Shown: in pieces, positions 28,779 to 38,794 of the stretch | How the letters are laid out: every line of letters begins with the position of its first letter | How positions within the stretch are numbered: position 1 is the first letter of the stretch | NCBI GenBank assembly: GCA_001774685.1 | Contig: MFAS01000001.1 | Coordinates: 479,557 to 543,556 of the forward strand | Source of the DNA: Candidatus Collierbacteria bacterium RIFOXYD2_FULL_45_13 | GTDB taxonomy: Bacteria; Patescibacteriota; Microgenomatia; UBA1400; MFAQ01 | DNA length: 64,000 bases | Reading direction: 5' to 3' | Translations under genes and position numbers: made by a program | The notes under the pieces: generated by a model | Told to the model about the DNA's origin: nothing | Seen by the model: the letters and a program-made list of their open reading frames with translations, nothing else | Database searches by the model: none

Positions 28779-30530
28779 ATGCGTTATTTTCTCCAATCTA
28801 TTTCTTATCTCGCCAAACTGGTCTGGCGCTTTCGATTGGAGTTATTCTTGTTCTTACTGTTACTTCCTGCCATTGTTGATATCTTCAAGCCAGGCTTCTT
28901 TCCGATGCACGATGATCTCCAGGTTTTTCGTCTCTACGAGGTTCATAAGTGTATTCTCGACGGTCAGATACCTTGTCGTTGGGTTCCCGATGCCGGTTAT
29001 GGTTATGGCTACCCCTTAATGCAGTTTTATCCACCCATGCCGTACTATCCCATGGAGCTCATGGTTTTATTGGGAGCCGGCTATTTCTTACCAGTCAAAA
29101 TCATGTTTGCTCTGGCCTTTTTACTCTCAGGTCTGGGGATGTATCTTTTGGCTAAGGAGTTCTTTGGTCGATGGGGAGGTGTCCTGGCCGGCGTTATCTA
29201 TGTTTACTCTCCTTATCACTCGGTCGATATTTATGTTCGCGGGGCCATGAATGAAGGGTGGGGCATGGTCTGGTTCCCGTTTGTCCTTCTATATATTTAT
29301 CGGTTAATTACCAAAGAAAAATCCAAAACCAATTTTATTCTGTTGAGCCTTGCTTTAGCTTTGCAGCTTACCTCTCACAACGTGATGACCTTGGTTTTTG
29401 CACCCACAGCCATCATCTGGGCCATTTTCTGGATGTGGAAAACCGGTAAATTTATGGCAATCAAAAATCTTTTTCTGTCCGGTCTTCTTGGAATTGGACT
29501 CTCAGCCTTTTTCTTTATTCCGGTCGTTTTGGAACAAAAATTTGTCCATGTCGATTCGATGACCGTCGGTTATTTCAATTACCTCGCCCACTTTGCCGAT
29601 ATCAAACAATTATTTTTGTCCCGTTTTTGGGGCTATGGTGGTTCCACCTGGGGCCCTGAGGATGGTATGTCTTTTTCTATCGGTCATGTCCAATGGATCG
29701 GGGCGATTCTCGTCTCGATTGTCGCTTTGGGGAGGATGTATCGAACCAAGTTTTACAAAAAAGCTATCATCACCTCGAGTATCGCCGAGAAATCACACAC
29801 ACTATCCCTGATGATTATCATGTTAGTTTCTTTTGGATTTTTATACGCCTTCCTTACTCATAGCCGCTCAAACTTTATTTGGGAACGGCTGAGCATCCTT
29901 CAGTTTGCGCAGTTTCCCTGGCGTTTAGTTGCCTTGATAGTTTTCTATTTTTCCTTCGCCACCGGTTATCTTGCCACCGTCGCTATTCCCAAGATTCTAA
30001 AACCGTTTGCCTTCTCCGTTCTTGTTGTCGGTACAATTCTTTTTAATGTTGGGTTTTTCCGCTTCGAAAGGCACGTCAGAATCACCATTCAAGAAAAGCT
30101 TTCCAGTCTTCAATGGGAACTCCAGGTTACCGGTGGGATTTTCGACTACTTACCCCGATCCGCTCCCAAGCCACCCGGCGATCCGGCCTTTACCGTTCCC
30201 CAGTTTTTGTCCGGGCAGGGTGGTATTCTAAACTTCCGGTCCGGGTCAAATTGGATGACTTTTGACGTTAACTCTTCAACCCAGGAGGTGAAGGTGATGT
30301 TACCGCTCTATACTTTTCCGGGTCTCGTTACCAAGATAGACGACCAAAAAGTTGTCACCGAGATAGATCCGAACCTGGGCCGTGTCGTGGTGACTCTCGG
30401 AAAGGGTATGCACCATGTTGATTCAAAAATACGCTATACCCGTACCAGACTATTTTCGGATCTCATCACTTTGATTTCGGCTCTTATATTATTCAAACTA
30501 ATTTCCGATGATCGAAAACACACCGCCTGA
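28779..30530 (+). CDS. Polytopic membrane protein, GT-C/YfhO-like glycosyltransferase candidate
   Basis: The N-terminal loop carries the MHDDLQVFRL motif. It has more than 10 TMs and a C-terminal soluble beta-rich domain. Confidence 0.45.
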   Translation: MRYFLQSISYLAKLVWRFRLELFLFLLLLPAIVDIFKPGFFPMHDDLQVFRLYEVHKCILDGQIPCRWVPDAGYGYGYPLMQFYPPMPYYPMELMVLLGAGYFLPVKIMFALAFLLSGLGMYLLAKEFFGRWGGVLAGVIYVYSPYHSVDIYVRGAMNEGWGMVWFPFVLLYIYRLITKEKSKTNFILLSLALALQLTSHNVMTLVFAPTAIIWAIFWMWKTGKFMAIKNLFLSGLLGIGLSAFFFIPVVLEQKFVHVDSMTVGYFNYLAHFADIKQLFLSRFWGYGGSTWGPEDGMSFSIGHVQWIGAILVSIVALGRMYRTKFYKKAIITSSIAEKSHTLSLMIIMLVSFGFLYAFLTHSRSNFIWERLSILQFAQFPWRLVALIVFYFSFATGYLATVAIPKILKPFAFSVLVVGTILFNVGFFRFERHVRITIQEKLSSLQWELQVTGGIFDYLPRSAPKPPGDPAFTVPQFLSGQGGILNFRSGSNWMTFDVNSSTQEVKVMLPLYTFPGLVTKIDDQKVVTEIDPNLGRVVVTLGKGMHHVDSKIRYTRTRLFSDLITLISALILFKLISDDRKHTA

Positions 30531-31986
30531 CGCACCATCACCGCTGGAAGTGCAGGAAGTTAAACGACGTTCTGTTTCTGGTGTTATGGCTCTAATTTCC
30601 CGGACTTTTATCATTCAGATTATTTCCTTTGTTGCCACCCTCGCCCTCACGATCTTTCTCGATCCCAAGACGTACGGAGTCTTCTATCTGGTTTCCTCGG
30701 TCGTCAATTTTCTTGCCTATTTTTCGGATGTTGGTTTGGCCGCCGCCCTCATTCAAAAGAAAGAGGGAATTACCAAGGAAGACTTGTCGACCACATTTAC
30801 CATCCAGCAGCTATTGGTCGTTTCGATTCTCGTCATTCTTTTTATTCTCTCTCCGTTTATCCGCACTCAGTACCAGATCGATCAGACCGGGATGTATCTA
30901 CTTTTTGCCATGGGGGTTTCGCTTTTCCTCAGTTCGCTAAAGACTATCCCTTCTATTATGCTGGAAAGAGAAATCAAGTTCAGCAGGCTAATTCTACCTC
31001 AGGTACTGGAAACACTTACCTTCAATGCCATTGCTGTTTATTGTGCTTGGAAAGGTTTTGGGGTTACCTCTTTTACTCTAGCAGTTCTCGGTCGGGGGGT
31101 TGTCGGTCTCATCGCTATGTACCTTGTATATCCTTGGATGCCGTCGTTTGGTATTAGCCGGTCCTCACTTTCGCACTTACTACGCTTCGGTTTACCTTAC
31201 CAGGTGAACACTTTCTTGGCCGTTCTCAAAGATGATGGCATGACCATCATCCTCACCCGCATCATTGGTACTCAAGGACTCGGTTATATCGGTTGGGCCT
31301 CGCGTTGGGCCGGCCTACCTTTAAGAATCGTTATGGACAATCTCACGAAAGTTTCTTTCCCCACCTTCGCCAGGTTGCAACACGACAAAGAAAGGCTGGC
31401 GAAAGCGGTCGAAATCAGTCTGAAGTACATGTGTTTGTTGGCGTTTCCCATTCTTGTCGGTATGGGTTTTTTGGCTCTCCCTATGACCCACCTCATTCCC
31501 CGATATGTCAAATGGCTTCCAGCCATCATTCCCCTATATATCTATCTCTACAACTCGGCCTGGGCCAGTATTAGTACCAGTCTTACTAATCTCCTCAATG
31601 CTACAGGACACATCAAGTCCACTTTCAAACTAATGCTGATGTGGACCGGTCTTACCTGGCTTATTATGCCTTTTTCGGCCCTGAAGTTTGGTTACCTGGG
31701 CGTTGCCTATGCCACCGGGATTATCGCCACCTCTTCTCTAATCACCATACTGCTTGCCAAAAAACATATAGATTTTAGTTTCTCCAATATTATTAGGACG
31801 CCCGTTTTGGCCTTGCTGCCTATGATCGCCTGGCTTTATTTCTCCGCTGGCTCAATTTCCTCTGTCTTTTCCCTCATTATTGTTATTACGTTCGCTGTCA
31901 CAATTTATACCCTAGCCATTTTGATTCTCGAGGGAAAATCATTTTTCCGGGATACTCTTAGTTACTTTAAGATAAGACATGCTTAG
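30508..31986 (+). CDS. Wzx-type oligosaccharide flippase (MOP/PST family polysaccharide biosynthesis protein)
   Basis: It has a 12-14 TM topology with a PST-family N-terminus (LISRTFIIQIISFVATLALTIFLDPKTYGVFYLVSSVVNF...AALIQKK). The real start may be an internal Met near 30586. Confidence 0.7.
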   Translation: MIENTPPDAPSPLEVQEVKRRSVSGVMALISRTFIIQIISFVATLALTIFLDPKTYGVFYLVSSVVNFLAYFSDVGLAAALIQKKEGITKEDLSTTFTIQQLLVVSILVILFILSPFIRTQYQIDQTGMYLLFAMGVSLFLSSLKTIPSIMLEREIKFSRLILPQVLETLTFNAIAVYCAWKGFGVTSFTLAVLGRGVVGLIAMYLVYPWMPSFGISRSSLSHLLRFGLPYQVNTFLAVLKDDGMTIILTRIIGTQGLGYIGWASRWAGLPLRIVMDNLTKVSFPTFARLQHDKERLAKAVEISLKYMCLLAFPILVGMGFLALPMTHLIPRYVKWLPAIIPLYIYLYNSAWASISTSLTNLLNATGHIKSTFKLMLMWTGLTWLIMPFSALKFGYLGVAYATGIIATSSLITILLAKKHIDFSFSNIIRTPVLALLPMIAWLYFSAGSISSVFSLIIVITFAVTIYTLAILILEGKSFFRDTLSYFKIRHA

Positions 31987-34900
31987 AAAATCTTTTATCA
32001 TCTTCCTTTTGCTTCTCTCTTGTTTTTCTGGAAAGGCTCACGCTTTCAAGGCAGAGACTTATATCTCTTTTGCCAACCAGGTGAGGGGGCCGGAAGGATG
32101 GAATAATTCCAAGCAGACACCTTTGGATCTGCCCATGTTTCAATATCAGGAGTCAACCCATTCGGCTTTTCCGGTAACATGGCTTCTCCGTTTTGATGCC
32201 GTAAATGATGCCACCATGTCTGCTTTTTTCAACCGCTTGGTCGGCAAAGACAAAAACCAATCATTAGGTGCCCTCCTGGAAATTACACCATCTTTATCCG
32301 AAGCTGCCAATGTCGTGTATCCGCCGGGCAACTCTCTTCTAAACGCCAATCGCCTATTCCTTTCCGGGTACTCTATTTTAGATAGAGAGCTGTTGATTGA
32401 TACCTACATGGATATCTTCTTTGCTCGTTTCGGTTATTATCCAAAGTCTGTTTCCGCTCACCATCTGGATAGTTATTCTCTGCAGTATCTCCAATCCAAA
32501 TATTCCGTTCTGACGGCGATGAGTGGGGGAGAAGCATACCAAAGCCCATATTTCCCGGACAAGCACAATTCTTCAATCCCGGCCGGCAGTTTTGCAAATC
32601 GGGTCAACCTCGTACTCGTTCCCCGGAATCCCGGTCCTGGCCAAGAGACTCTTGATTCTCTTCTGAACTTTTTTTCCCAAAGGGGTTTCAACGAGTTTTC
32701 ATTCGTGAACCTTGGTTTGGAAAATGATTTGGATCTCAGTCTGTTCAAAAAAGATATCGAGTCAACCAACCGAACTGTGGCCGAGACTCGGGGAAAATAT
32801 GACCTCCACCCCATCGGCCTGGCCGAGTTTGGAGATTGGATGAAAAGCCGTTACCCCGAAAGCTCACCCGCTTATTTCTACCATTCCCCGGACGCCACCT
32901 CTATTGTGCCAGTCAAGATTTACTGGTATCAAAGTCCTTTTTACCGCCTGGGTCTAAAGTCCGTCAGTGGAAAGACATATATCACCGATTTCCGGGTCTA
33001 CAACCGCGAAATCTATGAAGATTATTTTGTCACCCCAAATCAGGACCTCAATCTACACCGTGAAATTCCCGCCATTATTGATTCAGAGAAGTTTCCTTCC
33101 ACTGAAGTTAGTCTGGACATAGATCTGAAAAATGCCGACATCGTCCGCTCCAAGCAATGGGATTATTGGCAGACTGCTCTATGGGTGGATGGCAAAATGC
33201 TCACTCTTCAGCCGGACAAAATTGTTTTCTCCAATTTTCAAGCTCCACCGGTCAACTCAAAAGATATCAAACTCTTGGTTACCAAGGCCCAGACCGTTTG
33301 GGAACTCACGCCCCATACACCATTCAAAAATACCTCCAGACCCACTTGGCTCCTCTGGTTACTCATTGCGGTTGTCGTACTCAAACTGCTAAAGCGCAAC
33401 AAAGGTTCCAGGAAGCCCCGCCTTCCTGTTTATTTGATTGTTGGCGTGTTAATTTCTTTAATTGGCGGTCTGACGGTTTTTCGCAGCGGTCTCCATTATC
33501 CCTTTGGAATGGGTTTCTGGGGTCCCAATGGCCATGACGCCCTATTTCATTTGTCTTTAATCGAAAAGTTCTCCGCCAATCCTTTTAGTTTTTCCCATCC
33601 CCAGATTGCCGGTGAAAAGATCACCAACTATCATTTTCTTTTCGACTTTATTTCCGGGATCATTGCTAAACTTTCCGGTCTCTCCGCCTTAGATCTCTAT
33701 TTCCGTGTCTTTCCTGTTTTGGCCGGCATAGCTATCGTTTTGCTACTGGACCGACTTCTCACCACTTGGCAGTACTCCCGACCCGTGAGGCTATTGTCCA
33801 TGCTGTTGGTATTCTTGGCCGGCTCCTTCGGCTTCATCCCCAAACTACTGATGGGTCAGGATATATTCACCGGAGAATCGGCTTTCTGGTCCAATCAGTC
33901 TATCTCAATTTTCTTAAACCCTCCCTACACCCTGTCTATCATCATCCTCCTTCTCTTCCTGAACAAGCTAAATGGTAAACCAAGAACCAATAACTCTGAA
34001 CTAATAACTCTCTCCCTCATCGGTGGTCTTCTGGCCCAGACCAAAGTTTACGCCTTTATCCTTTTACTCGGAGCACTTTTGCTTAGTAAGAAATACAAAC
34101 TCTTCTTTGGGGTTCTTGCCGTCGGTATTCTAATATCTTTGCCATTTATCACTCTGGGCGGGCCGGCTCCTTTTATTTTTTCTCCGTTATGGTTCCCTCG
34201 CAGTCTATTCGCCTCGTTCGATCGCGCCTATTGGCCTCGTCTGGTGGAAGCCTGGCAGGCTTACGAAGCCTCAGGCAACTTCATCAAACTTAGTTTAATC
34301 AACTTGTTTGCTCTAATGGTATTCTTGGTGGGCAATCTCGGAGTCCGCCTGCTTGGACTAATTGATATTAGCCGGACCAAGTCACGTTTTGACTCGGAAA
34401 CAATAGTTCGTTGGCTAATCTTTCTTGGTCTATTATTACCCCTCCTCTTCGTCCAAAATATCAATCCCTGGAACACCATCCAGTTTATGTATTACGCTCT
34501 GTTCTTCTTGGGCATTTTTACCGCTAAGTATATTTCTTCGTTGCGGCCATTTTTCGTCACAATTCTCCTCCTTCTCGCCGTTGCCTCCAGTGTCGGTACT
34601 CTCAAAGACTACATTGGTTACTTCTCATCTTCTCGAATAAGCTATTCCGAACTCTTATCCCTGGATACACTCCGAGATCTGCCGAAGGGGGTTGTCCTAT
34701 CTCCACTCTATGACGAGGTCTCAGCCAGTCGTGTTTCAACCCCCAAACCACTATATGCCTACGTTTCTACTGCATATATCTCCGCCCTTTCCGGTCAGCC
34801 GGAATTCTTGGCCGATACTATCAATCTTGACATCACCGGATTTGATTATGCGGAGAGAGCCAGAGACGCCCAAAGATTTTTTGACACCCAGGACGCAAAC

Positions 34901-35041
34901 TGGGCCATATCCTTTTTGCAAAACAACCATATCCGATATGTTTACGAAACTAGAATCAAGAAAATGAAACTTACTCCAGCAGACCTAAACTTAGTAAAAA
35001 TCTTTGACTCTGGTGAAGTCACCGTATATAACTTTAACTAA
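31979..35041 (+). CDS. Large bipartite membrane protein: N-terminal extracytoplasmic domain plus C-terminal GT-C-like polytopic domain
   Basis: It is 1020 aa, with a signal or TM segment, then an approximately 440-aa soluble domain, then at least 12 TMs beginning GHDALFHLSLIEKF. Confidence 0.5.
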   Translation: MLRKSFIIFLLLLSCFSGKAHAFKAETYISFANQVRGPEGWNNSKQTPLDLPMFQYQESTHSAFPVTWLLRFDAVNDATMSAFFNRLVGKDKNQSLGALLEITPSLSEAANVVYPPGNSLLNANRLFLSGYSILDRELLIDTYMDIFFARFGYYPKSVSAHHLDSYSLQYLQSKYSVLTAMSGGEAYQSPYFPDKHNSSIPAGSFANRVNLVLVPRNPGPGQETLDSLLNFFSQRGFNEFSFVNLGLENDLDLSLFKKDIESTNRTVAETRGKYDLHPIGLAEFGDWMKSRYPESSPAYFYHSPDATSIVPVKIYWYQSPFYRLGLKSVSGKTYITDFRVYNREIYEDYFVTPNQDLNLHREIPAIIDSEKFPSTEVSLDIDLKNADIVRSKQWDYWQTALWVDGKMLTLQPDKIVFSNFQAPPVNSKDIKLLVTKAQTVWELTPHTPFKNTSRPTWLLWLLIAVVVLKLLKRNKGSRKPRLPVYLIVGVLISLIGGLTVFRSGLHYPFGMGFWGPNGHDALFHLSLIEKFSANPFSFSHPQIAGEKITNYHFLFDFISGIIAKLSGLSALDLYFRVFPVLAGIAIVLLLDRLLTTWQYSRPVRLLSMLLVFLAGSFGFIPKLLMGQDIFTGESAFWSNQSISIFLNPPYTLSIIILLLFLNKLNGKPRTNNSELITLSLIGGLLAQTKVYAFILLLGALLLSKKYKLFFGVLAVGILISLPFITLGGPAPFIFSPLWFPRSLFASFDRAYWPRLVEAWQAYEASGNFIKLSLINLFALMVFLVGNLGVRLLGLIDISRTKSRFDSETIVRWLIFLGLLLPLLFVQNINPWNTIQFMYYALFFLGIFTAKYISSLRPFFVTILLLLAVASSVGTLKDYIGYFSSSRISYSELLSLDTLRDLPKGVVLSPLYDEVSASRVSTPKPLYAYVSTAYISALSGQPEFLADTINLDITGFDYAERARDAQRFFDTQDANWAISFLQNNHIRYVYETRIKKMKLTPADLNLVKIFDSGEVTVYNFN

Positions 35042-35043
35042 AC

Positions 35044-35961
35044 ATGGCCAGGATAAAAATTTCAGCAGTAGTCAATACCCGAAATGAATCGGAAAACATT
35101 TTTGATTGTCTAAAAACACTCGGATTTTGTGATGAGATCGTGGTGGTCGATATGGAGTCGGAAGACAACACCAAGGAAATCGTCAAGCAGTTTACCGACC
35201 GCATTTATGACCACAAGATGGTGGGCTTTGTCGAGCCGGCCAGAAACTTTGCCATTAAAAAGGCATTGGGAGACTGGATCTTCATCGTCGACGCCGACGA
35301 GCGTGTGCCCAAAACTTTAGCCGCGAAATTAATTGAGATTGCCGACAAGAACGAAGTTGATTTCGTCCGCGTTCCTAGGAAAAACCTTGTTTTCGGCCAC
35401 TGGTTACAGCACTCCCGCTGGTGGCCAGACTATAATATACGCTTCTTCAAAAAGGGCTCGGTCGACTGGCAAGATGAGATTCATTCCGTCCCTATTACTT
35501 ATGGCAACGGCATCAATTTGGACGTAGAGCAGGGAACAGCATTAGAACATCACCACTACCGCACTATCGATGAATACTTCATCCGAGCTCTTCGTTATTC
35601 CGATCAGCAGTCCAAAGAGCTGATTGAATCAGGCTACAAATTTGATCCGGTCGATCTGATCAAAAAACCCACAGGCGAGTTTCTCTCTCGCTTCTTTGCC
35701 GGTGAAGGTTACAAAGACGGTCTCCACGGACTCGTTGTTGCCGTGCTTCAGTTTTTCTCGATCTTGCTTATTTATCTTAAAGTTTGGCAGAATGAAGGTA
35801 GCAAGCCAGTCAGTGAAAGAGTGTTTACCCAAACCTGGCAGTCAGTTTTTCTCGAAAAGTTCAAAGAGTTCCGCTACTGGTTCCTTACCTCCAAGATCCA
35901 AAACTCCAAAAACAAGACCGAAGCCTTCCTCCTCAAGCTCCAGCGACGCCTCCTGAAATAG
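35044..35961 (+). CDS. GT2 glycosyltransferase (LPS-core/KdtX-like subfamily)
   Basis: It has the ISAVVNTRNESENI...DEIVVVDMESEDNT motifs. It is paralogous to the GT2 genes at 37988 and 61333. Confidence 0.75.
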   Translation: MARIKISAVVNTRNESENIFDCLKTLGFCDEIVVVDMESEDNTKEIVKQFTDRIYDHKMVGFVEPARNFAIKKALGDWIFIVDADERVPKTLAAKLIEIADKNEVDFVRVPRKNLVFGHWLQHSRWWPDYNIRFFKKGSVDWQDEIHSVPITYGNGINLDVEQGTALEHHHYRTIDEYFIRALRYSDQQSKELIESGYKFDPVDLIKKPTGEFLSRFFAGEGYKDGLHGLVVAVLQFFSILLIYLKVWQNEGSKPVSERVFTQTWQSVFLEKFKEFRYWFLTSKIQNSKNKTEAFLLKLQRRLLK

Positions 35962-35988
35962 ACGATTTGTCTGATATATAATACCTTT

Positions 35989-37041
35989 ATGCATTTTTCC
36001 CAAGTATCGGCGGAATTCGCCGATAAATTTTTTGAGCTTGTTGATTCGGTAAACAACATCGTGGTGACTGCCCACGTCTCCCCGGATAGTGATTCTATCG
36101 CTTCGGTGTTATCGGTTTACGAAATTCTCACCACCAGAAATCCCCAAAAAAACATTCGTATTATTTATTCGGCAGAGCCCCAAGATCATTTCTGCGTTTT
36201 TCAAAACCACGAAAAGATCGAATTTGTACAAGATAACGCTGACCATCTCGATCAAACCGAACTTCTCATCATGCTGGATGGGGGCCAGTACTCCAGGTTC
36301 TCTATATATCCGGAAAAGCTCCAGCGCATTCCTTACACAGTCTGCATAGATCATCACTCTTCTCCTATCTCCGACTTTTCCCTCAGTCTGGTTGTTCCTT
36401 CGTCGTCTTCTTGTGCCCAGCTCGTTTATTCGGCTTTATGTGGTGATCTGACCATTAGTCCGCGGTTGGCCGAGGTGTTTCTGTTAGGCATCTTGGGAGA
36501 TACCGGCAACTTCAACTATCTCAAGCCGACCCAAACCGACACATTGATGATAGCCAAAAAAATGATAGAAATTGCTAACGTCGAAATTCAAGAGTTTCAA
36601 TCCAGATACCAATCAATCCCTAAGAGGGCTTTTGAATTGGTCAAAGTGCTCATGAAGAACACCGCCTTCTCGTCATCTCCAAACTGGCCGGACTACCAAT
36701 ATAGTTATATTGGTAAAGCGGTTATAGATACCGGAGAATTTTCCGATTCCGAAGTTAGCGAAGCCTGTGGTATCTATCTCTCGCATTTTCTACGGACCGT
36801 TACAGGCTTTACTTGGGGTTTTGTCATTACCCCTCGATCCTCAGGGGAGTGTAGTATTTCGCTCCGTTCTCTTCCCCGGTCTGTCAGTGTCCGGGATCTT
36901 ATGGAAAGGATGGGGCTGGGTGGAGGTCACGACCGTGCCGCCGGGGGTACTTTTAAGAAAACGGCTAAGGTTGTTCTAGTCTCCAAATGCCTCAAACAGA
37001 TCAGGGCATGGCTGAACCTCCACGATCCGGTCCTGGTTTAG
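35989..37041 (+). CDS. nrnA: DHH/DHHA1 phosphoesterase (NrnA-like nanoRNase/pAp phosphatase)
   Basis: It has the DHH motifs VVTAHVSPDSDSIAS and CIDHHSS, and the DHHA1 motif LGGGHDRAAGG. Confidence 0.75.
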   Translation: MHFSQVSAEFADKFFELVDSVNNIVVTAHVSPDSDSIASVLSVYEILTTRNPQKNIRIIYSAEPQDHFCVFQNHEKIEFVQDNADHLDQTELLIMLDGGQYSRFSIYPEKLQRIPYTVCIDHHSSPISDFSLSLVVPSSSSCAQLVYSALCGDLTISPRLAEVFLLGILGDTGNFNYLKPTQTDTLMIAKKMIEIANVEIQEFQSRYQSIPKRAFELVKVLMKNTAFSSSPNWPDYQYSYIGKAVIDTGEFSDSEVSEACGIYLSHFLRTVTGFTWGFVITPRSSGECSISLRSLPRSVSVRDLMERMGLGGGHDRAAGGTFKKTAKVVLVSKCLKQIRAWLNLHDPVLV

Positions 37042-37056
37042 GCTATAATTAAGTCA

Positions 37057-37986
37057 ATGAAACTTGGCTTTATTACGGTTAACTTTCACAGTGACGAGGA
37101 TACTATCGGAGTTGTCTCTCAGCTCGAGGAAAGCCTTTTGCCAAAAGGAGTGGAGATAATCACATACTGTGTGGACAACTCTCTCTCAGAAAGTCTTCCC
37201 AAAAAATTAGCCCAATACCCCCACGCGGTGTATCTGAATTCTCCCGGCAATGTGGGGTTCGCCGCCGGCAACAATATTGGTTTCCGGCGTGCCCTCAAAG
37301 ACAAGGTCGATATCGTGGTGCTAATTAATAATGACACGGTTGCCCCCAAAGATTTGGTGAAAAACATTCTTTCGTCGCCCATTTCCGATGAAAAGGTTGG
37401 AGTTGTCGGGGGACTCATCTATTTCGCCAAAGGTTTTGAGTTTAGGGAAAATTATTCATCCTCAGATCTGGGAAAAGTTATCTGGTATGCTGGTGGTATT
37501 CATGACTGGAATAATGTCTACGCCAGCCACTTGGGTGTCGACGAAGTTGATCATGGGCAGTTTGACGGTGTCCGCACCACCGATTTTGTGACCGGTTGCC
37601 TTTTTATCGTCAGGCGGGAAGTTCTGGAGAGGGTAGGATTTTTTGACGAACGTTATTGTCTTTATTTCGAAGATTCCGACCTGGGTAAAAGAATCGAGAA
37701 GGTTGGTCTCAGACTGGTCATCGACCCCAGAATCAAACTTTGGCACAAAGTAGCCCAAAGTTCTGGCATCGGCTCGCCCCTAAACGACTATTTTCTGACG
37801 AGAAACAGACTCCTTTTTGGCACCACTTATGCTACCACTCGCACCAAGTTCGCCCTTCTCCGCGAAGCTGTGAAAAAATTATTTATCGGCACACCGGCCC
37901 AAAAGATTGCCGTAAGGGATTTCTTTATGCGGAACTTTGGCTGGGGTAGCTGGAACAAAAAAGTCTCAGTACCCGGGAAACAATAA
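37057..37986 (+). CDS. GT2 glycosyltransferase (rhamnosyltransferase-like)
   Basis: It has the LGFITVNFHS...VVLINNDTV...YFEDSDL motifs. Confidence 0.8.
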   Translation: MKLGFITVNFHSDEDTIGVVSQLEESLLPKGVEIITYCVDNSLSESLPKKLAQYPHAVYLNSPGNVGFAAGNNIGFRRALKDKVDIVVLINNDTVAPKDLVKNILSSPISDEKVGVVGGLIYFAKGFEFRENYSSSDLGKVIWYAGGIHDWNNVYASHLGVDEVDHGQFDGVRTTDFVTGCLFIVRREVLERVGFFDERYCLYFEDSDLGKRIEKVGLRLVIDPRIKLWHKVAQSSGIGSPLNDYFLTRNRLLFGTTYATTRTKFALLREAVKKLFIGTPAQKIAVRDFFMRNFGWGSWNKKVSVPGKQ

Positions 37987-37987
37987 T

Positions 37988-38794
37988 ATGAAACTATCTG
38001 TCATTATCCTTACGTACAATGTCGAAGATGAGATTATTCCTGCCATCAAGTCATCTCAGTTTGCCGACGAAATTATCGCCGTGGATACCGGCTCTACGGA
38101 CGGGACCTTGGATATTTGCCGCAAGAATGGCGTAAAGATCGTCCATACCACTACCGATAGTTTTGCCAAATGGCGCAATGATGGTGCCAAAGCAGCCAAA
38201 GGGGACTGGCTTCTTTACCTGGACTCCGACGAAAGAATTCCGGTTAAGTTAGCTGATGAGATCTTGTCCACCATTCAAAATCCGTCCCATGATGCCTATA
38301 CCATTAGCCGTTACGAGGTTTTTTTGGGAAAACATCTCAGCCATTGGGGGGATCCCCGCGTCCTCCGGTTTATGAAACGGTCTGCCCTCAAACGCTGGGA
38401 AGGTAAGCTTCACGAACAGCCCAAAATTGACGGTACCGTTGGAGACCTGAGACAGCAAATGGTTCATCTCTCCCACAAAAACATTGACGAAAAACTACCC
38501 AATACTCTTCTCTGGTCAAAAACCGAGGCTTCCATGCTTTTTAATGCTGGTCATCCACCAATGGTTGGCTGGAGGTTTATCAGGATAATGTTTACCGAAT
38601 TTTGGGACCGTTGTATCAAACAGGGACTCTGGAAGGATGGTACCGAAGGCTGGATAGAAATCATTTATCAGATGTTTAGTAAGTTCGTGACCTACGAGCG
38701 TTTGTGGGAGATGCAGAGACAGCCATCTCTCAAAGAGACTTACAGAGATGTTGATAAGCAAATCTTGACTGAATGGGAAAAACAAAAAAAGTAA
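37988..38794 (+). CDS. GT2 glycosyltransferase (KdtX-like subfamily)
   Basis: It has LSVIILTYNVEDEI...DEIIAVDTGSTDGT. The ATG at 37988 was chosen because the ORF-track start at 37937 overlaps the upstream gene. Confidence 0.75.
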   Translation: MKLSVIILTYNVEDEIIPAIKSSQFADEIIAVDTGSTDGTLDICRKNGVKIVHTTTDSFAKWRNDGAKAAKGDWLLYLDSDERIPVKLADEILSTIQNPSHDAYTISRYEVFLGKHLSHWGDPRVLRFMKRSALKRWEGKLHEQPKIDGTVGDLRQQMVHLSHKNIDEKLPNTLLWSKTEASMLFNAGHPPMVGWRFIRIMFTEFWDRCIKQGLWKDGTEGWIEIIYQMFSKFVTYERLWEMQRQPSLKETYRDVDKQILTEWEKQKK

